Shown here piece after piece: positions 19,040 through 30,289 of a DNA stretch of 41,261 nt (position 1 is the stretch's first letter; each line of letters begins with the position of its first letter). The translations under genes and the position numbers were made by a program. Location of the stretch: NCBI GenBank assembly GCA_040905565.1, contig JBBDRF010000037.1, forward strand, positions 1 to 41,261, written 5' to 3'. The stretch is from Phycisphaeraceae bacterium. GTDB taxonomy: Bacteria; Planctomycetota; Phycisphaerae; Phycisphaerales; Zrk34. The notes under the pieces are model-generated. The model was given only the letters and a program-made list of their open reading frames with translations. It was not told the origin of the DNA and did no database searches.

Positions 19040-19089
19040 GCGCCACTGATGGCTCGTCCACCAGCGGCTTTGATCAACCGCTCGGACGA
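19040..19089. repeat. degenerate REP family C element
   Basis: GCGCCACTGATGGCTCGTCCACCAGCG resembles GTGCCACTGGTGGCGTGTCCACCAGTG (reverse complement of 40127-40153); partial inverted arm CCGCTCGGACGA follows. Confidence 0.55.
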
Positions 19090-19135
19090 CCGCCCAGGGA
19101 CAGGCCGGCGCTGTTTGCGCGGTACAATGGTCGCC

Positions 19136-19507
19136 ATGAATCCGTTAGATCCTCATCGGCACATCGAGAACCTGCGGGGCTGGCGCACGCGCGGTGAGCG
19201 TGATCTTTCGCTGGCGTTTGTGCGGGATTACGTGAAGCGGACCTACGCGAAGCCGCAGAAGCAGCTGGGCAAGGTCGTGGAGGTCTGGGCGGAACGGGTG
19301 CCTGAACATCTGGGAATGCGGACGGTGCTGGCGGCACTGAGTCGCGGGGTGTTAACGGTTCATGTGGCCGACAGCGCAACGCTGTACCAGCTTGATCGCC
19401 TTCTGCGGGATGGTCTGGAGCAGGAGCTGCGGCAGACGCCTGGCGTGACGCTGCGACGGGTGAAGCTGAAGGTCGATCCCAAGGCCGCGGCCCCGCCCTC
19501 CCAATAA
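19136..19507 (+). CDS. DUF721/DciA family protein
   Basis: W...VPEHL..RT......GVLTVHVADSA...L pattern; start placed after a TACAAT -10 element. Confidence 0.75.
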   Translation: MNPLDPHRHIENLRGWRTRGERDLSLAFVRDYVKRTYAKPQKQLGKVVEVWAERVPEHLGMRTVLAALSRGVLTVHVADSATLYQLDRLLRDGLEQELRQTPGVTLRRVKLKVDPKAAAPPSQ

Positions 19508-19538
19508 AAGAAGCCCACAGCGCGATGCTGTGGGCTTC
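19503..19538 (-). terminator. intrinsic terminator between convergent genes
   Basis: GAAGCCCACAGC-GCGAT-GCTGTGGGCTTC perfect 12-bp stem; TTTTATT follows on the minus strand. Confidence 0.8.
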
Positions 19539-19566
19539 GTGTGAAGCTAAAGGTTGTGGCCTGCGA

Positions 19567-20916
19567 TCAGGCTTCGGAGCCGGCGTAGGGATCGAAATCG
19601 CCGGGGACCGCGACGGGGTAGTAGCCGTCGTCCTTGGGCAGGATGGGCGGGGTGGAATCGTAAGTGTAGTTATCGATGCCGGGCGCGAGATCGGTGCCCT
19701 GCTCGATGGCGTCGCGCATCCGCAGCAGCTTACCGGAGTAGGTGGCGTAACGGCCGAGGATGGCGGTCATGGTGGCCATGGCGCCGTTGTAGGCTTCGTT
19801 ATGCTCGTTGTTCTCGCGGACGGCCTGGAAGAGGACGTCGTGCTCGACCTGGTAGGGGTTAGGCGACTGGCCCCGGAAGCGCCAGCGCTCGCCGCCGAAC
19901 GGTTCGATGATCGCGCCGGAGAGGTTCGCTTCGCCCTTGGTGCCGACGGCCTGCTCGGAAACGCTGTTCCAGCAGTTGGGGATGTGCCGACACTGGCTGA
20001 TCATGCGAGCGCCGTTGGAGTAGATGTACTCGACAGCGTGATGATCGTAGATTTCGCCGTGGTCTTTGCCGTCGCGGAATTCGCGGCCGCCCATGCCGTT
20101 GGCCATGACGGGGTAGGGATCGTCAAGCTGAGCGGCCATGGCCCAGTTGCCCACGTCGAGGTTATGGATGTGCTGCTCGGTGATGTGGTCACCGCTGAGC
20201 CAGTTGAAGTAGTACCAGTTACGCATCTGGTACTGCATTTCGTTCTGGTCCTCGCGGCGGGGCCGCACCCACACGCCGCCGCCGTTCCAGTAGACGCGGG
20301 TGTAGAGAACGTCGCCGATCGCGCCGTCGTGGATGCGCTGCATCGTTTCCTGATACGTGCGCTGATGATGACGCTGGAGCCCTACGCCGACCTTGAGGTT
20401 CTTTTCCTTGGCCTTCTTGGCGGCTTCGATCACGCGACGGACACCGGTCGCATCGGCAGCCACGGGCTTCTCCATGAACACGTTCTTGCCCTGGCTCACG
20501 GCGTACTCGAAGTGCACCGGCCGAAAGCCCGGAGGCGTCGCGAGGATCACCACGTCCACGTCCGAATCAATGGCCTTCTTAAAGGCGTCGAACCCGACGA
20601 AGCGGCGATCCTCAGGCACGTCCACCTGCTCAGGCTTCGAGCGAGCCAGACGTTCGATGCTGGCGTTGAGGTTGTCTTCAAAAGCATCCGCAGCGGCGAC
20701 GAGTTTGATGGGCCCCGAGGTGCTCAGCGCCTGCTCGGCCGCACCCGTGCCGCGACCGCCACAACCGATGAGCGCGATGCGGATTTCTTCGGTGGACTGG
20801 GCGTGGGCCCGACTGGCGATGGAGGCGGATAGGGCGCCGGCCGCGGCTGTCGCCGTGGAGGTTTTCAGAAACGTCCGGCGGGACGCGTTGCTGCTGCTTG
20901 GGCTGGAATCGCTCAT
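19567..20916 (-). CDS. Tat-exported Gfo/Idh/MocA family oxidoreductase
   Basis: SRRTFLK Tat motif, IGCGGRGTG, ATPPGFRP, FMEKPVA, EQHIHNLDV. Confidence 0.93.
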   Translation of the reverse strand: MSDSSPSSSNASRRTFLKTSTATAAAGALSASIASRAHAQSTEEIRIALIGCGGRGTGAAEQALSTSGPIKLVAAADAFEDNLNASIERLARSKPEQVDVPEDRRFVGFDAFKKAIDSDVDVVILATPPGFRPVHFEYAVSQGKNVFMEKPVAADATGVRRVIEAAKKAKEKNLKVGVGLQRHHQRTYQETMQRIHDGAIGDVLYTRVYWNGGGVWVRPRREDQNEMQYQMRNWYYFNWLSGDHITEQHIHNLDVGNWAMAAQLDDPYPVMANGMGGREFRDGKDHGEIYDHHAVEYIYSNGARMISQCRHIPNCWNSVSEQAVGTKGEANLSGAIIEPFGGERWRFRGQSPNPYQVEHDVLFQAVRENNEHNEAYNGAMATMTAILGRYATYSGKLLRMRDAIEQGTDLAPGIDNYTYDSTPPILPKDDGYYPVAVPGDFDPYAGSEA

Positions 20917-21056
20917 GCGAGTCTCCGTGAGATGAGGGCTCGAAAAATGTTACCGATTTTTGCCGGATTGGCCGGCCCCGATTGTACCGTCTCTCACTGC
21001 TGAGGACGACCATTGATTTTCACGGGGCGCCGGCGATCGGCACGGTCAGGCTGTGT

Positions 21057-22334
21057 TCACTCGTTGTTTTCGTCCATGATGTCGATGAGGCTCTGGTCGA
21101 CCGGCCCGAGCGTGCCGCGGCCTTCGCGTAGACGGTCAGAAACGTCGAACCAGACATCTTCGGGAAGGTCCTCGGGCCGGCTGCCCCAGAACTTCTTCTT
21201 CATTTCCTCGGTCGGCTCATACAGGGGCCTCACAAGGCGGAAGCCGGTTGCCTGGGCCTCAAATTCGGTGAACCACCAGGGGCTCTTGGGCAGGTTCGGG
21301 TCGACGATCTTCCAGTTGCTGTCGTGCGTCTGCCAGCGGTAGGCCGACCGCGTCTGCTCCGGGTCATGGTCCCACGATCCGCCCCGCACCACGATGGGAT
21401 AGGAGCTGGTGGGCCAGGCGAGCGCGTCCATGAAGTGCACCGTCTCGCCTTCGAACTGGGCGTAGTGATCTTCGACGTACTGGTCCATCGTCAGGTTCGC
21501 CACGTTGCCATGCATGTCGTAAAGCCCCCAGGGGTTGGGCTTTTTCGTGCCGACGTGTTGGTAAGCGTAATCCGCGTTCTCATAGTTCCAGGAGTAGTCG
21601 CCAAGCTCGGCGATGTCGTCGCCGAAGCTCCACGCAGTGGTGGTCCCAGCCCGAGCGGCGTATTCCCACTCAGCTTCGGTGGGCAGGCGATAGAAGCGGC
21701 CGGTGAGCTTGCTCATCCACTGGGTGAACTGCCGCGCGGAATACTGCGTCATCGTGACGGCGGGATCTTCGGGATCGTCGCCGAGCTCGAACGTGGCGCC
21801 CGGATCGTAAAGCGGGGTGGGGATGGTGATCGCATCAGCGCGATTCTCGTCCGTCACCGGCCGCTCCTGCTCCAGGCTCTTGAACAGGTCGTACATGTCC
21901 ATGAAGCGGCGGTACTGCGCCCAAGTCACGGAAGTGCTGCTCATCCAGAACGGTTCGATGACGACCTCGAACTGCGGGCCTTCGTCGTCCTGCCGATGCT
22001 CTTCGCCTTCGGGGCTGCCCATCATGAACGTGCCGCCGGGGATGGGCGTCATCTTATAGGTGACGTTCTCCGAGCCGGGAATTTTCGCTTCGTAGGGCAC
22101 CATGAATCCGCCGCCGTCGATCGGGACGACCTGCGCGTTCTCGCCGACTTCATCTGGCTTCTGCTCAGCGATGCCCGGGGCGTCGCGATTGATCTGCTGC
22201 TCGGTGTCCGCAGCTCGAATCCCCGCCCCGCAGGCGACGATGATGCCCAGCCCGGCGGCGAGCACCAGGCCAAGACTCAATTTGCCGACACCGCAGCAGT
22301 TGCCCTCGGTGCAGGATGAAAACGACATGGTCAT
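21057..22334 (-). CDS. FGE-sulfatase (SUMF1/EgtB/PvdO) domain protein, paralog 1
   Basis: IPGGTFMMGS, RLPTEAEWEYAARAG, PNPWGLYDMHGNV, RGGSW, GFRLVR; GAGGAG SD before 22334. Confidence 0.9.
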   Translation of the reverse strand: MTMSFSSCTEGNCCGVGKLSLGLVLAAGLGIIVACGAGIRAADTEQQINRDAPGIAEQKPDEVGENAQVVPIDGGGFMVPYEAKIPGSENVTYKMTPIPGGTFMMGSPEGEEHRQDDEGPQFEVVIEPFWMSSTSVTWAQYRRFMDMYDLFKSLEQERPVTDENRADAITIPTPLYDPGATFELGDDPEDPAVTMTQYSARQFTQWMSKLTGRFYRLPTEAEWEYAARAGTTTAWSFGDDIAELGDYSWNYENADYAYQHVGTKKPNPWGLYDMHGNVANLTMDQYVEDHYAQFEGETVHFMDALAWPTSSYPIVVRGGSWDHDPEQTRSAYRWQTHDSNWKIVDPNLPKSPWWFTEFEAQATGFRLVRPLYEPTEEMKKKFWGSRPEDLPEDVWFDVSDRLREGRGTLGPVDQSLIDIMDENNE

Positions 22335-22551
22335 ATGCGGCTCCTCGATAGCGTATTTTACGTGGCTGGTAGTTAGTAGTGTGTTTTTAACCTTCGGGTT
22401 CGCCAAAGGTGAGCGGCGACTCAATAAAAGCTTACCTTGCGACCACGCGATGGTCGACCGGAAGCTGCTCACGTAGCCGGTCCATCATACACGATTCCGC
22501 GGAATCTCGACTGCTACCGCTTACTCATGTGCGCGACGCCAACCCCAGCCA

Positions 22552-23814
22552 TCACTCGCCGTCTTCGCCCTTAATCTTGCGTAGCAGCTCGGCGTCCAGC
22601 GCCTGTTGCGTGCCTCGCCCTTTACGCAGCCGATCAGCCACGTCCATCCAGACGAGGTCGGGGATGTCCTTCGGCCGGGTCCCCCAGAATCGCAACTTCA
22701 TTTCTTCGCTCGGCTCACGCAGCGGCCTCACAATCCGAAACCCCGTCGCCCGCCCCTCATTCTGCGTGAACCACCAGGGACTAAGCGGCCGGTTTGGATC
22801 CATCATCTTCCAAGCAGCGTCGTCGGTCTTCCAGCGATACGCCGTGCGGGTCTTTTCGGGCTTATGCTTCCACGACCCGCCCCGCACCACGATCGGGTCA
22901 GGCTCCATGGGCCAAACCAGCGCGTCCATATAGTGCACCTGCTCGCCGGCGAACTGGGCGTAATGGTCCTCGACGTACTGGTCCATCACCAGCTCTGCCA
23001 CGTTGCCGTGCATGTCGTGAAGGCCCCACGGGTTCGGCTTCAGCGTGCCGACGTGATGGTAAACATCGCCTGCGTTGCCGAAGTGAAACGCGTGGTCGTC
23101 GAGTTGTTCGATGTCGTCGCCGAAGCTCCACGCCGTCGTCGTCCCAGCCCGGGCGGCGTATTCCCACTCGGCCTCGGTCGGCAGCCGATAGAAGCGCCCC
23201 GTCAACTTGCTCAGCCACATGGTGTACTGCCGTGCGGCGTACTGCGTCATCGTGACTGCGGGATGCTCGGGATCGTCGCCCAGCGCGAAGGTAAAGCTCG
23301 GCACATACAGAGGCGTTGGGATCGTGATCGCATCCACGCGATCCTCCTCGGCGACAGGCCCCTGCTGCTCCAGCGATTTGAACAGATTGTACATGTCCAT
23401 AAACCGCATGTACTCCGACCAGGTCACCTCATACGTGCCCATCCAGAACGGCTCGATGGCCACCTCAAACTGCGGGCCCTCGTCGTCCTGGCGGTGCTCC
23501 TCATCTTCGGGGCTGCCCATCATGAACGTGCCGCCGGGAATCGGCGTCATGTGATACGTCGCGACGAAGCCGGGCACCTTCGCCTCGTAGGGCACCATGT
23601 ACCCGCCGTCTTCGATGGCGACGACCTGCGCATTTTCGCCGACCTCTTCGGGCTTCTGATCGGCGATGCCCGGCAAGCTTCGCTCGACCTCGGCAATGTC
23701 GGCGGCACGAATCGCCACGCCCGCCGCGAAGGTCATCAGCCCAACGGCCAGCGTCAGGCTGACGCGCATGCCAAAGAGATCCAAACGACCACAGAAGCGC
23801 GTAAGCGTCGTCAT
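22552..23814 (-). CDS. FGE-sulfatase domain protein, paralog 2
   Basis: same motifs as paralog 1 with long identical blocks; GGAG SD before 23814. Confidence 0.9.
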   Translation of the reverse strand: MTTLTRFCGRLDLFGMRVSLTLAVGLMTFAAGVAIRAADIAEVERSLPGIADQKPEEVGENAQVVAIEDGGYMVPYEAKVPGFVATYHMTPIPGGTFMMGSPEDEEHRQDDEGPQFEVAIEPFWMGTYEVTWSEYMRFMDMYNLFKSLEQQGPVAEEDRVDAITIPTPLYVPSFTFALGDDPEHPAVTMTQYAARQYTMWLSKLTGRFYRLPTEAEWEYAARAGTTTAWSFGDDIEQLDDHAFHFGNAGDVYHHVGTLKPNPWGLHDMHGNVAELVMDQYVEDHYAQFAGEQVHYMDALVWPMEPDPIVVRGGSWKHKPEKTRTAYRWKTDDAAWKMMDPNRPLSPWWFTQNEGRATGFRIVRPLREPSEEMKLRFWGTRPKDIPDLVWMDVADRLRKGRGTQQALDAELLRKIKGEDGE

Positions 23815-24082
23815 GCCGGACTCCACAGTTGGTTTCTTTTCGGGTTGCCGCACACGCTTCGGTTGAAGCGTTACCCATCCTACGCCTTTGTACCCGCAGC
23901 TGCCCCTGTCGTGAAAGATCAAAAACAAGAAGGTTTTGTTCGTCGTTGCTTGCAGCTACCATAAAGACGGTCAGCACCATCTGGTGTCGCCCAGCTGAGG
24001 CACGAACGTGACACTGGCAAGGCCCCCGCATGCCTGCTCGCGCGAGAGTGTCGACAAACAATCCTTTCTTCGGAGCTTATCT

Positions 24083-26932
24083 ATGGTTCACCGCCTGTGG
24101 CACCGTTTCTCGTTGTGCGTTTTGCTGCTGGTGCTCGGCCCCGCCGGGGTGACGCAAGCACAGCCGATCACGTTCGAGAAAGGCGATCGCATCGCGTATG
24201 TCGGGAACGCTTTGGCCGAGCGCAAGCAGCACGACGGCTGGCTGGAAACGTACCTCCAAACGGCGCTGCCACAGCACGAGTTGATTGTCCGCAACCTCGG
24301 ATTCTCCGGCGATCAGGTGCACCATCGGCCCCGGGCGCATGCCGCCTTCGGCGACGCCGACGCGCACCTCAGCCGTGTCGGCGCGAACGTGATCTTCGCG
24401 TTCTTCGGCTACAACGAGTCGTACAGCGACAACCCGCAGCAGTTCAAAGAACGCCTGACCGACTGGATCGAGCACACCCGCGCTCAGCAGTACGACGGCG
24501 AGACTACGCCTCGCATCGTGCTGTTTTCGCCGATCACCCACGAAAACCTTAACACGCACAACCTGCCTGACGGCCGGGAGAACAACCGCCGCCTTGCTGC
24601 CTACACCCAGGCCATGGCTGAGGTGGCCGAGGCGGAAGACGTCGCGTTCGTCGATCTTTTCCAGGCCACGCAGGCCATGTACGCCCAGTCGGCCGAACCG
24701 CTGACGATCAACGGCATCCATCTGACCAGCGAGGGCAATCGCCAGGTCGGCCGCTACATCGTCCAGACGCTGCTGGGCGAACAGCCGAGCGCGGAGGATG
24801 CGGACCTCGAAACACTGCGGCAGGCGATCATCGACAGAAACTGGCACTGGTTCAACCGCTACCGGGCAACCAGCGGCAACGACGTGTGGGGCGGCCGAAG
24901 CAACCTTCACGGCAACCGCGACACGCTCATGCATGAATTGGCCATGATCGACGTCATGACCGCCAACCGCGACGCGCGGGTGTGGGCTTTGGCGCAGGGA
25001 AGTGATGCAAAGATTGACGATTCCAACGTCCCCCCCGCCAAGCCCGTCAACAGCAACTTCCCGGGCTGGGACGAAGTTGAGTATCTCGATCCCACCGAAG
25101 CGATCGACAAGATGACACTCGCCGACGGGCTCGAAGCGAACCTCTTCGCGTCGGAAGAGAGGTTCCCCGAGATCGCCAACCCGGTGCAGATGCAGGTCGA
25201 TCCGCAGGGCCGCGTGTGGGTCGCTTCGTGGGCGACGTACCCCAAGTGGGAACCGCTCAAGGAGATGAACGATCGGCTGGTGATCCTGACCGATACCAAC
25301 GGCGACGGTGTGGCGGATGACGCGACCACCTTCGCCTACGTGCACAACCCGACCGGCTTCGAGTTCTGGAACGGCGGCGTGGTCGTCGCTTCCGCGCCCA
25401 ATATCCTCTACCTCAAGGACACTACCGGGGACAACGTCGCTGACGTGCGGATCACGCTGATGAGCGGCATCGATTCCGCCGACACCCACCACGCTGCAAA
25501 CAACCTCGTCCTCGGCCCCGACGGATTCATCTACTACCAGCGCGGCGTGTTCCACCTGCACAATGTCGAAACCCCGTGGGCGAAAAGCCACGAATCCACC
25601 ACGTCAGGCCTGTACCGGCTTAACCCACGCACCTTCGAATTCGACTTCCACGTCAACAACGGCCCCAATCCCCACGGCATCTCCTTCGACAAATGGGGCT
25701 ACCAGTACATCACCGACGCCACCTCCGGCAGCACCTTCCAAACCTACCTGGACGACAACGACAACCGCTTCAAAAAGCGGCCCCTGCTGCAGCACACCGT
25801 CCGCCCTGTGCCCGGCCACCAGATCCTCTCCAGCCAGCACTTCCCCGAGGAGTTCGAAAACAACTTCCTCATCTACAACGTCATCGGATTCCTCGGCATC
25901 AAACGCTACGAACTGACGTACAACAACGGCGTGGTCAAGGGCGAAGAAATCGGCGACCTGCTCTCAAGCGTCGATCCAAATTTCCGCCCGACCGCAGGCG
26001 TAATCGGCAATGACGGTGCGCTCTACGTCTCCGATTGGCATCAGCCGACCGTCGGGCACATGCAGCACAACCTGCGTGACCCCGTGCGCGACCATGAGCA
26101 CGGCCGCGTCTACCGTATCACCGCCACCGGAAACGATCTCCAGGAACCAGTCGCGATTCACGGCGAGCCGATCGCGCATCTGCTCGACCTGCTGCGTCAC
26201 CCCTCCAACGGGATCCGCCACCGCGTACGCATCGAACTCAGCGGCCGCGAAACTTCTGACGTGATCGCAGCGGTCAACGCGTGGACCCCGCAATTTGATG
26301 CAGACAATCCGGACGGCGCGCACGCACTGCTCGAAGCTTTGTGGCTGCATCAGCAGCACAACGTGATCAACCGCGAACTGCTTGAGCAGGTGAGCAACTC
26401 ACCCATCGAACACGCCCAGATCGCCGCGAAGCGCGTGGCATGGTTCTGGAGTGATCGACCGGCAACGATCGTCGCTTCGCAACACGATCAAGCGGGCCAT
26501 GGCGCTCACGCCCCGGCTGAATTCGTCGAGGGCAAGGCACTCGATCTCCGCGAGCAGGAGCTAGCCGAGTTCACCATCAAGTCCGTCGTCGAGCAGATGC
26601 GCTACGACGTGACGGAGTTCACCGTGACGCCCGGCCAGCGTGTGAAGCTCACCTTTGAGAACCCCGACTTCATGCCTCACAACCTGATCATCGTCAACCC
26701 CGGCACCGCCGACGCGGTCGCCATGCTCGCCATCGAGATGGGAGCCGAGGGTTTCGCCAAAGGCTTCGTGCCCGAGAGCGATGATATTCTTCATGCCACA
26801 CGTATGCTCAACGCCAACCAGTCGCAGACGCTTGAGTTCACCGCTCCCACCGAGGCTGGCGAGTATCCATTCGTCTGCACATTCCCCGGACACGCCACGC
26901 TCATGCGAGGCGTCATGAAGGTCGCGAACTGA
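24083..26932 (+). CDS. PVC-type membrane-bound dehydrogenase family protein: SGNH/GDSL-like + propeller + helical + C-terminal azurin-like cupredoxin
   Basis: signal peptide; [25 protein letters not shown] (SGNH-like); [24 protein letters not shown]...[10 protein letters not shown]...RD...GRVYR; MPHN..CTFPGH...M. Confidence 0.85.
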   Translation: MVHRLWHRFSLCVLLLVLGPAGVTQAQPITFEKGDRIAYVGNALAERKQHDGWLETYLQTALPQHELIVRNLGFSGDQVHHRPRAHAAFGDADAHLSRVGANVIFAFFGYNESYSDNPQQFKERLTDWIEHTRAQQYDGETTPRIVLFSPITHENLNTHNLPDGRENNRRLAAYTQAMAEVAEAEDVAFVDLFQATQAMYAQSAEPLTINGIHLTSEGNRQVGRYIVQTLLGEQPSAEDADLETLRQAIIDRNWHWFNRYRATSGNDVWGGRSNLHGNRDTLMHELAMIDVMTANRDARVWALAQGSDAKIDDSNVPPAKPVNSNFPGWDEVEYLDPTEAIDKMTLADGLEANLFASEERFPEIANPVQMQVDPQGRVWVASWATYPKWEPLKEMNDRLVILTDTNGDGVADDATTFAYVHNPTGFEFWNGGVVVASAPNILYLKDTTGDNVADVRITLMSGIDSADTHHAANNLVLGPDGFIYYQRGVFHLHNVETPWAKSHESTTSGLYRLNPRTFEFDFHVNNGPNPHGISFDKWGYQYITDATSGSTFQTYLDDNDNRFKKRPLLQHTVRPVPGHQILSSQHFPEEFENNFLIYNVIGFLGIKRYELTYNNGVVKGEEIGDLLSSVDPNFRPTAGVIGNDGALYVSDWHQPTVGHMQHNLRDPVRDHEHGRVYRITATGNDLQEPVAIHGEPIAHLLDLLRHPSNGIRHRVRIELSGRETSDVIAAVNAWTPQFDADNPDGAHALLEALWLHQQHNVINRELLEQVSNSPIEHAQIAAKRVAWFWSDRPATIVASQHDQAGHGAHAPAEFVEGKALDLREQELAEFTIKSVVEQMRYDVTEFTVTPGQRVKLTFENPDFMPHNLIIVNPGTADAVAMLAIEMGAEGFAKGFVPESDDILHATRMLNANQSQTLEFTAPTEAGEYPFVCTFPGHATLMRGVMKVAN

Positions 26933-26970
26933 CCACAGAACCCGACCATTTTTTTACAGAAAGTAGCACC

Positions 26971-28725
26971 ATGAAAACATTCGCACTTACCTTGCTCACG
27001 CTCGCGGCAGCACTGCTGTTCAGCACCGCCACCGCCTCGGCGAACGACCGCCTGAGCGCGCTTATCGTCGACGGCGAGAACAATCACGACTGGGCGACGA
27101 CCACCCCGCTGCTCGAGAAAATCCTCGTCAACAGCGGCCGCTTCAGCGTCGACGTCGCCACCTCTGGCAACGTTGCCGAGTTCCGCCCGCCCTTCGCCGA
27201 CTACGACGTGGTCGTGCTCAACTACAACGGCCCGCTCTGGCCCGAGCAGACACGGAAGGATTTCGTCGATTACGTCGCAGGCGGAGGGGGCGTTGTCGTC
27301 GTTCATGCTGCGGACAATGCCTTCCCCGGGTGGAAAGAGTACAACCAGATCATCGGCCTCGGCGGCTGGGGCGGCCGCAACGAAAACCACGGCCCCTACG
27401 TCTACTACAACGAAGCTGAAGAACTCGTCCGCGACACCAGTGCCGGCCGCGGCGGCGGGCACGGCCCACAAAAGCAGTTCGTCGTCAAGCTCCGCCAGCC
27501 CGACCACCCCATCGTCAAGGGCCTGCCCACCGAATGGCGCCACACGCAGGACGAGCTTTACAACACCCTCCGAGGTCCAGCGGAAAACATGACCGTCCTC
27601 GCCACCGCATGGACCGACCAATCCGGCCGCCACGAGCCGAAGCTGATGACCATCGACTACGGCAAGGGCCGCTCGTTCCACACCACCATGGGCCACGGCG
27701 TCCCCGCACTGCACGGCCTGGGCTTCCAGGTCACGCTCCAACGCGGCGCTGAGTGGGCCGCCACCGGTCACGTCACCATCGCTGCCCCCGACCCCGCCGA
27801 CCTGCCCGCCGACGGCGAGCCCGGCAGCCGAAACCCCGACGACATCACCCCCGCCCACACCACGACCGACAACAGCGATACCCACATCGTCTTCGTCACC
27901 GGCGACGAAGAGTACCGCTCCGAAGAGACCATGCCGATGCTCGCACGCATCCTCGCCAACCGCTACGGCTTCCAGGTCTCCGTCCGCTACGCCCTCACCG
28001 ACGGCGTCATCGACCCCAACCGAACCGACAATATCGAAGGCCTCGAAGTCCTCGAAGATGCCGACATGATGGTGCTCGCCCTGCGCTTCCGCGCCCTGCC
28101 CGACGAGCAGCTGCAGTACATCCTCGACTTCGCCGAATCCGGTAAACCGATGGCCGGGTTCCGCACCGCCACCCACGCCTTCCGCTACGGCGACGGTCAC
28201 CACATGGACAAAGCCTGGCCTCAAGAGGTGCTCGGCCTGCCCTGGATCAGCCATCACGGGCACGGCAACTCCACCGATGTCAGAATCGTCGAGGGCATGG
28301 AAGACCACCCCGTCCTCAACGGCGTCGAACCGTTCCACGCGCGAAGCTGGCTCTACCACTCCCAGACGCTCCACGAGAACGCCCAGCCGCTGCTCTACGG
28401 TCGCGCCGTCCGCGGCACCGAACCCGGCGGCGAGCACTTCAGCGACCCCCACACCATCGCATGGACCCACCACTACGAAGGCGAAAACGGCACCAGCCGC
28501 GTGTTCTTTACCACGCTCGGCCATCCGTACGACTTCTTTGACGAGTCGCTCCGAAAACTCGCCATCAACGGCTTCTTCTGGGCGCTCGGCAAGGAAGATC
28601 AGATCCCCGAGCAGGGCTTCAACGTCGACTTCGTCGGCGAATACGATCCCAATAACTCAGGCTTCGGCGACAAGTACAAGCCGAACCTCCGCCCCGCGGA
28701 CATCCCCCTGAAAATCGAGGACTGA
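26971..28725 (+). CDS. secreted protein with two ThuA-like domains
   Basis: signal peptide; domain 1 [29 protein letters not shown]; domain 2 [21 protein letters not shown]. Confidence 0.88.
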   Translation: MKTFALTLLTLAAALLFSTATASANDRLSALIVDGENNHDWATTTPLLEKILVNSGRFSVDVATSGNVAEFRPPFADYDVVVLNYNGPLWPEQTRKDFVDYVAGGGGVVVVHAADNAFPGWKEYNQIIGLGGWGGRNENHGPYVYYNEAEELVRDTSAGRGGGHGPQKQFVVKLRQPDHPIVKGLPTEWRHTQDELYNTLRGPAENMTVLATAWTDQSGRHEPKLMTIDYGKGRSFHTTMGHGVPALHGLGFQVTLQRGAEWAATGHVTIAAPDPADLPADGEPGSRNPDDITPAHTTTDNSDTHIVFVTGDEEYRSEETMPMLARILANRYGFQVSVRYALTDGVIDPNRTDNIEGLEVLEDADMMVLALRFRALPDEQLQYILDFAESGKPMAGFRTATHAFRYGDGHHMDKAWPQEVLGLPWISHHGHGNSTDVRIVEGMEDHPVLNGVEPFHARSWLYHSQTLHENAQPLLYGRAVRGTEPGGEHFSDPHTIAWTHHYEGENGTSRVFFTTLGHPYDFFDESLRKLAINGFFWALGKEDQIPEQGFNVDFVGEYDPNNSGFGDKYKPNLRPADIPLKIED

Positions 28726-28754
28726 CCGCCCCACTCCCCGATCACCAACTCACG

Positions 28755-28790
28755 AAGGGCCGACGTCGCAAAACGTCGGCCCTTTTTTTC
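28755..28790 (+). terminator. intrinsic terminator
   Basis: AAGGGCCGACG-TCGCAAAA-CGTCGGCCCTT running into a T tract. Confidence 0.88.
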
Positions 28791-28837
28791 GCCGCAAATC
28801 GCCTCCGCCTTGGCCGGGATCCCCTTGCTCTTTTCGC

Positions 28838-29431
28838 TCATGACGTTGGCGGCGCCGGCGGCACCGTCGGCACGGCTCGGACGTCGGCGGAGTCAACCTC
28901 GAAAAACGACTCCACCTCAAACCCGAACGCGTTCGCGATCAGGTTCGACGGGAAGCTTCGGACGCGTGTGTTCAGGTCCCGCACGTTCGCGTTGTAGAAC
29001 CGCCTGGCCGTCTGAATGCGATCTTCCGTGTTCGCCAATTGCTGCTGCAGCGCGAGGAAATGCCGGTCGGCCTTGAGATCCGGATACGCCTCCACCACCG
29101 CGAACAGCTGTCGCAACCCGCTGACCATCTGGTTCTCATCACGTGCCTGCGATCCCACCTCGCCGTGGTTGTGCTCAGCCTGATTACGCAGCTGAACGAT
29201 ACGGTCCAGCAGTTCCCGCTCATGCTTGGCGTACCCCTGCACCGTCGCCACGATGTTCGGGATCAGGTGGTACCGCCGCTGCAGTTCCGTCTCCACACCC
29301 GACCACGATTCGCGCACATGCTGACGCAGCCGCACCAGCGAATTGAACATCACCATGACCCAAAGCGCCACCAGCAGCACCGCCGCAAGCAGCACGTACA
29401 ACCCCACGTTCTCCGCAACGGCGATCATCAT
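28838..29431 (-). CDS. lemA: LemA family protein
   Basis: FNSLV, LQRRYHLIPN, YAKHE, EAYPDLKA, TEDRI..ARRFYN, FPSNLIA. Confidence 0.93.
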   Translation of the reverse strand: MMIAVAENVGLYVLLAAVLLVALWVMVMFNSLVRLRQHVRESWSGVETELQRRYHLIPNIVATVQGYAKHERELLDRIVQLRNQAEHNHGEVGSQARDENQMVSGLRQLFAVVEAYPDLKADRHFLALQQQLANTEDRIQTARRFYNANVRDLNTRVRSFPSNLIANAFGFEVESFFEVDSADVRAVPTVPPAPPTS

Positions 29432-30129
29432 GGCGAGCCCTGCATATCCTGCTGCACGTACTGCGGCAGCCCGTCGAGCAGATCATTGACGACCTTGATC
29501 GCCTTATCAAACTGGGGCATGTCCATCGTCCGCTTCTTCGCGGCGATCACCCAGGGCCCCTGCATCTGAATCTCGTAAGCGGGTGACCGCATCAACAGCT
29601 TCATCGTCCGGCCGTGGATCACATCGTACGCCCACTTGCGATCGGGCGCCTCCACATGGAACTGCTTGCTGAACTCGGCGGATTCGAAGTTGATCGCGTT
29701 TCGCCCGAAGAAGTTCGCGACCTTATCGAAGAATGTTTCCCGCCGAATCTTCAACGGCTTCAACGGCCCGGCATACTTTACCATCACCGCAGAGAAGTAA
29801 TGATGGTGCGTCTGCGACCCGCCCTTGCTGTTGTGAGACGTGGTGGCGTAGTGATAATCGAACGCCTGCATCGGTCTCCCGCGCGCCTCCCCCTCCACGA
29901 TGTTGAAGGCATAGCGATCGCGCTCGCCTCGCGCGAAACAGTCGAAGTTGTAGCGGTGCTCGAAGACGTAATCCTTCCGACTTCCGCTAAAGGCCCAGCC
30001 GCGTTTGTTGGCCCATTCCGCGAACCGCTGCCTCCGCCGCGCCGCCTGCACCAGTCCGAAGATCACAGCCGCGACGGCAAAAATCACGAAGCCGACGATC
30101 ATCAGCACCGGTAAACTCGAATCCATCAT
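29428..30129 (-). CDS. membrane-anchored hypothetical protein (DUF3137-like), coupled to lemA
   Basis: N-terminal TM, FDYHY, INFESAEFSKQF; ATGA overlap with lemA. Confidence 0.75.
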   Translation of the reverse strand: MMDSSLPVLMIVGFVIFAVAAVIFGLVQAARRRQRFAEWANKRGWAFSGSRKDYVFEHRYNFDCFARGERDRYAFNIVEGEARGRPMQAFDYHYATTSHNSKGGSQTHHHYFSAVMVKYAGPLKPLKIRRETFFDKVANFFGRNAINFESAEFSKQFHVEAPDRKWAYDVIHGRTMKLLMRSPAYEIQMQGPWVIAAKKRTMDMPQFDKAIKVVNDLLDGLPQYVQQDMQGSP

Positions 30130-30289
30130 GCAGCCGCTCCCATGCAGAACGTCTCAACCCTTCCGGTGCATGATAAACCACGGACGCGGTTCATGACTGC
30201 GAGGTCGACTGCATTTTTGCGATCGCGTGCTGATGCTCCCATGCGTCCCGCAGTTGGAGCGTTCGGCCCGGCGAGCTACGATGAGCTTC

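Noticed and set aside
19525..28524. long antisense ORFs (e.g. 19525-20832 +, 22606-23964 +, 24077-25591 -, 26791-28524 -)
   Set aside because: they mirror well-supported genes on the opposite strand, lack recognisable motifs and are expected shadows in high-GC DNA
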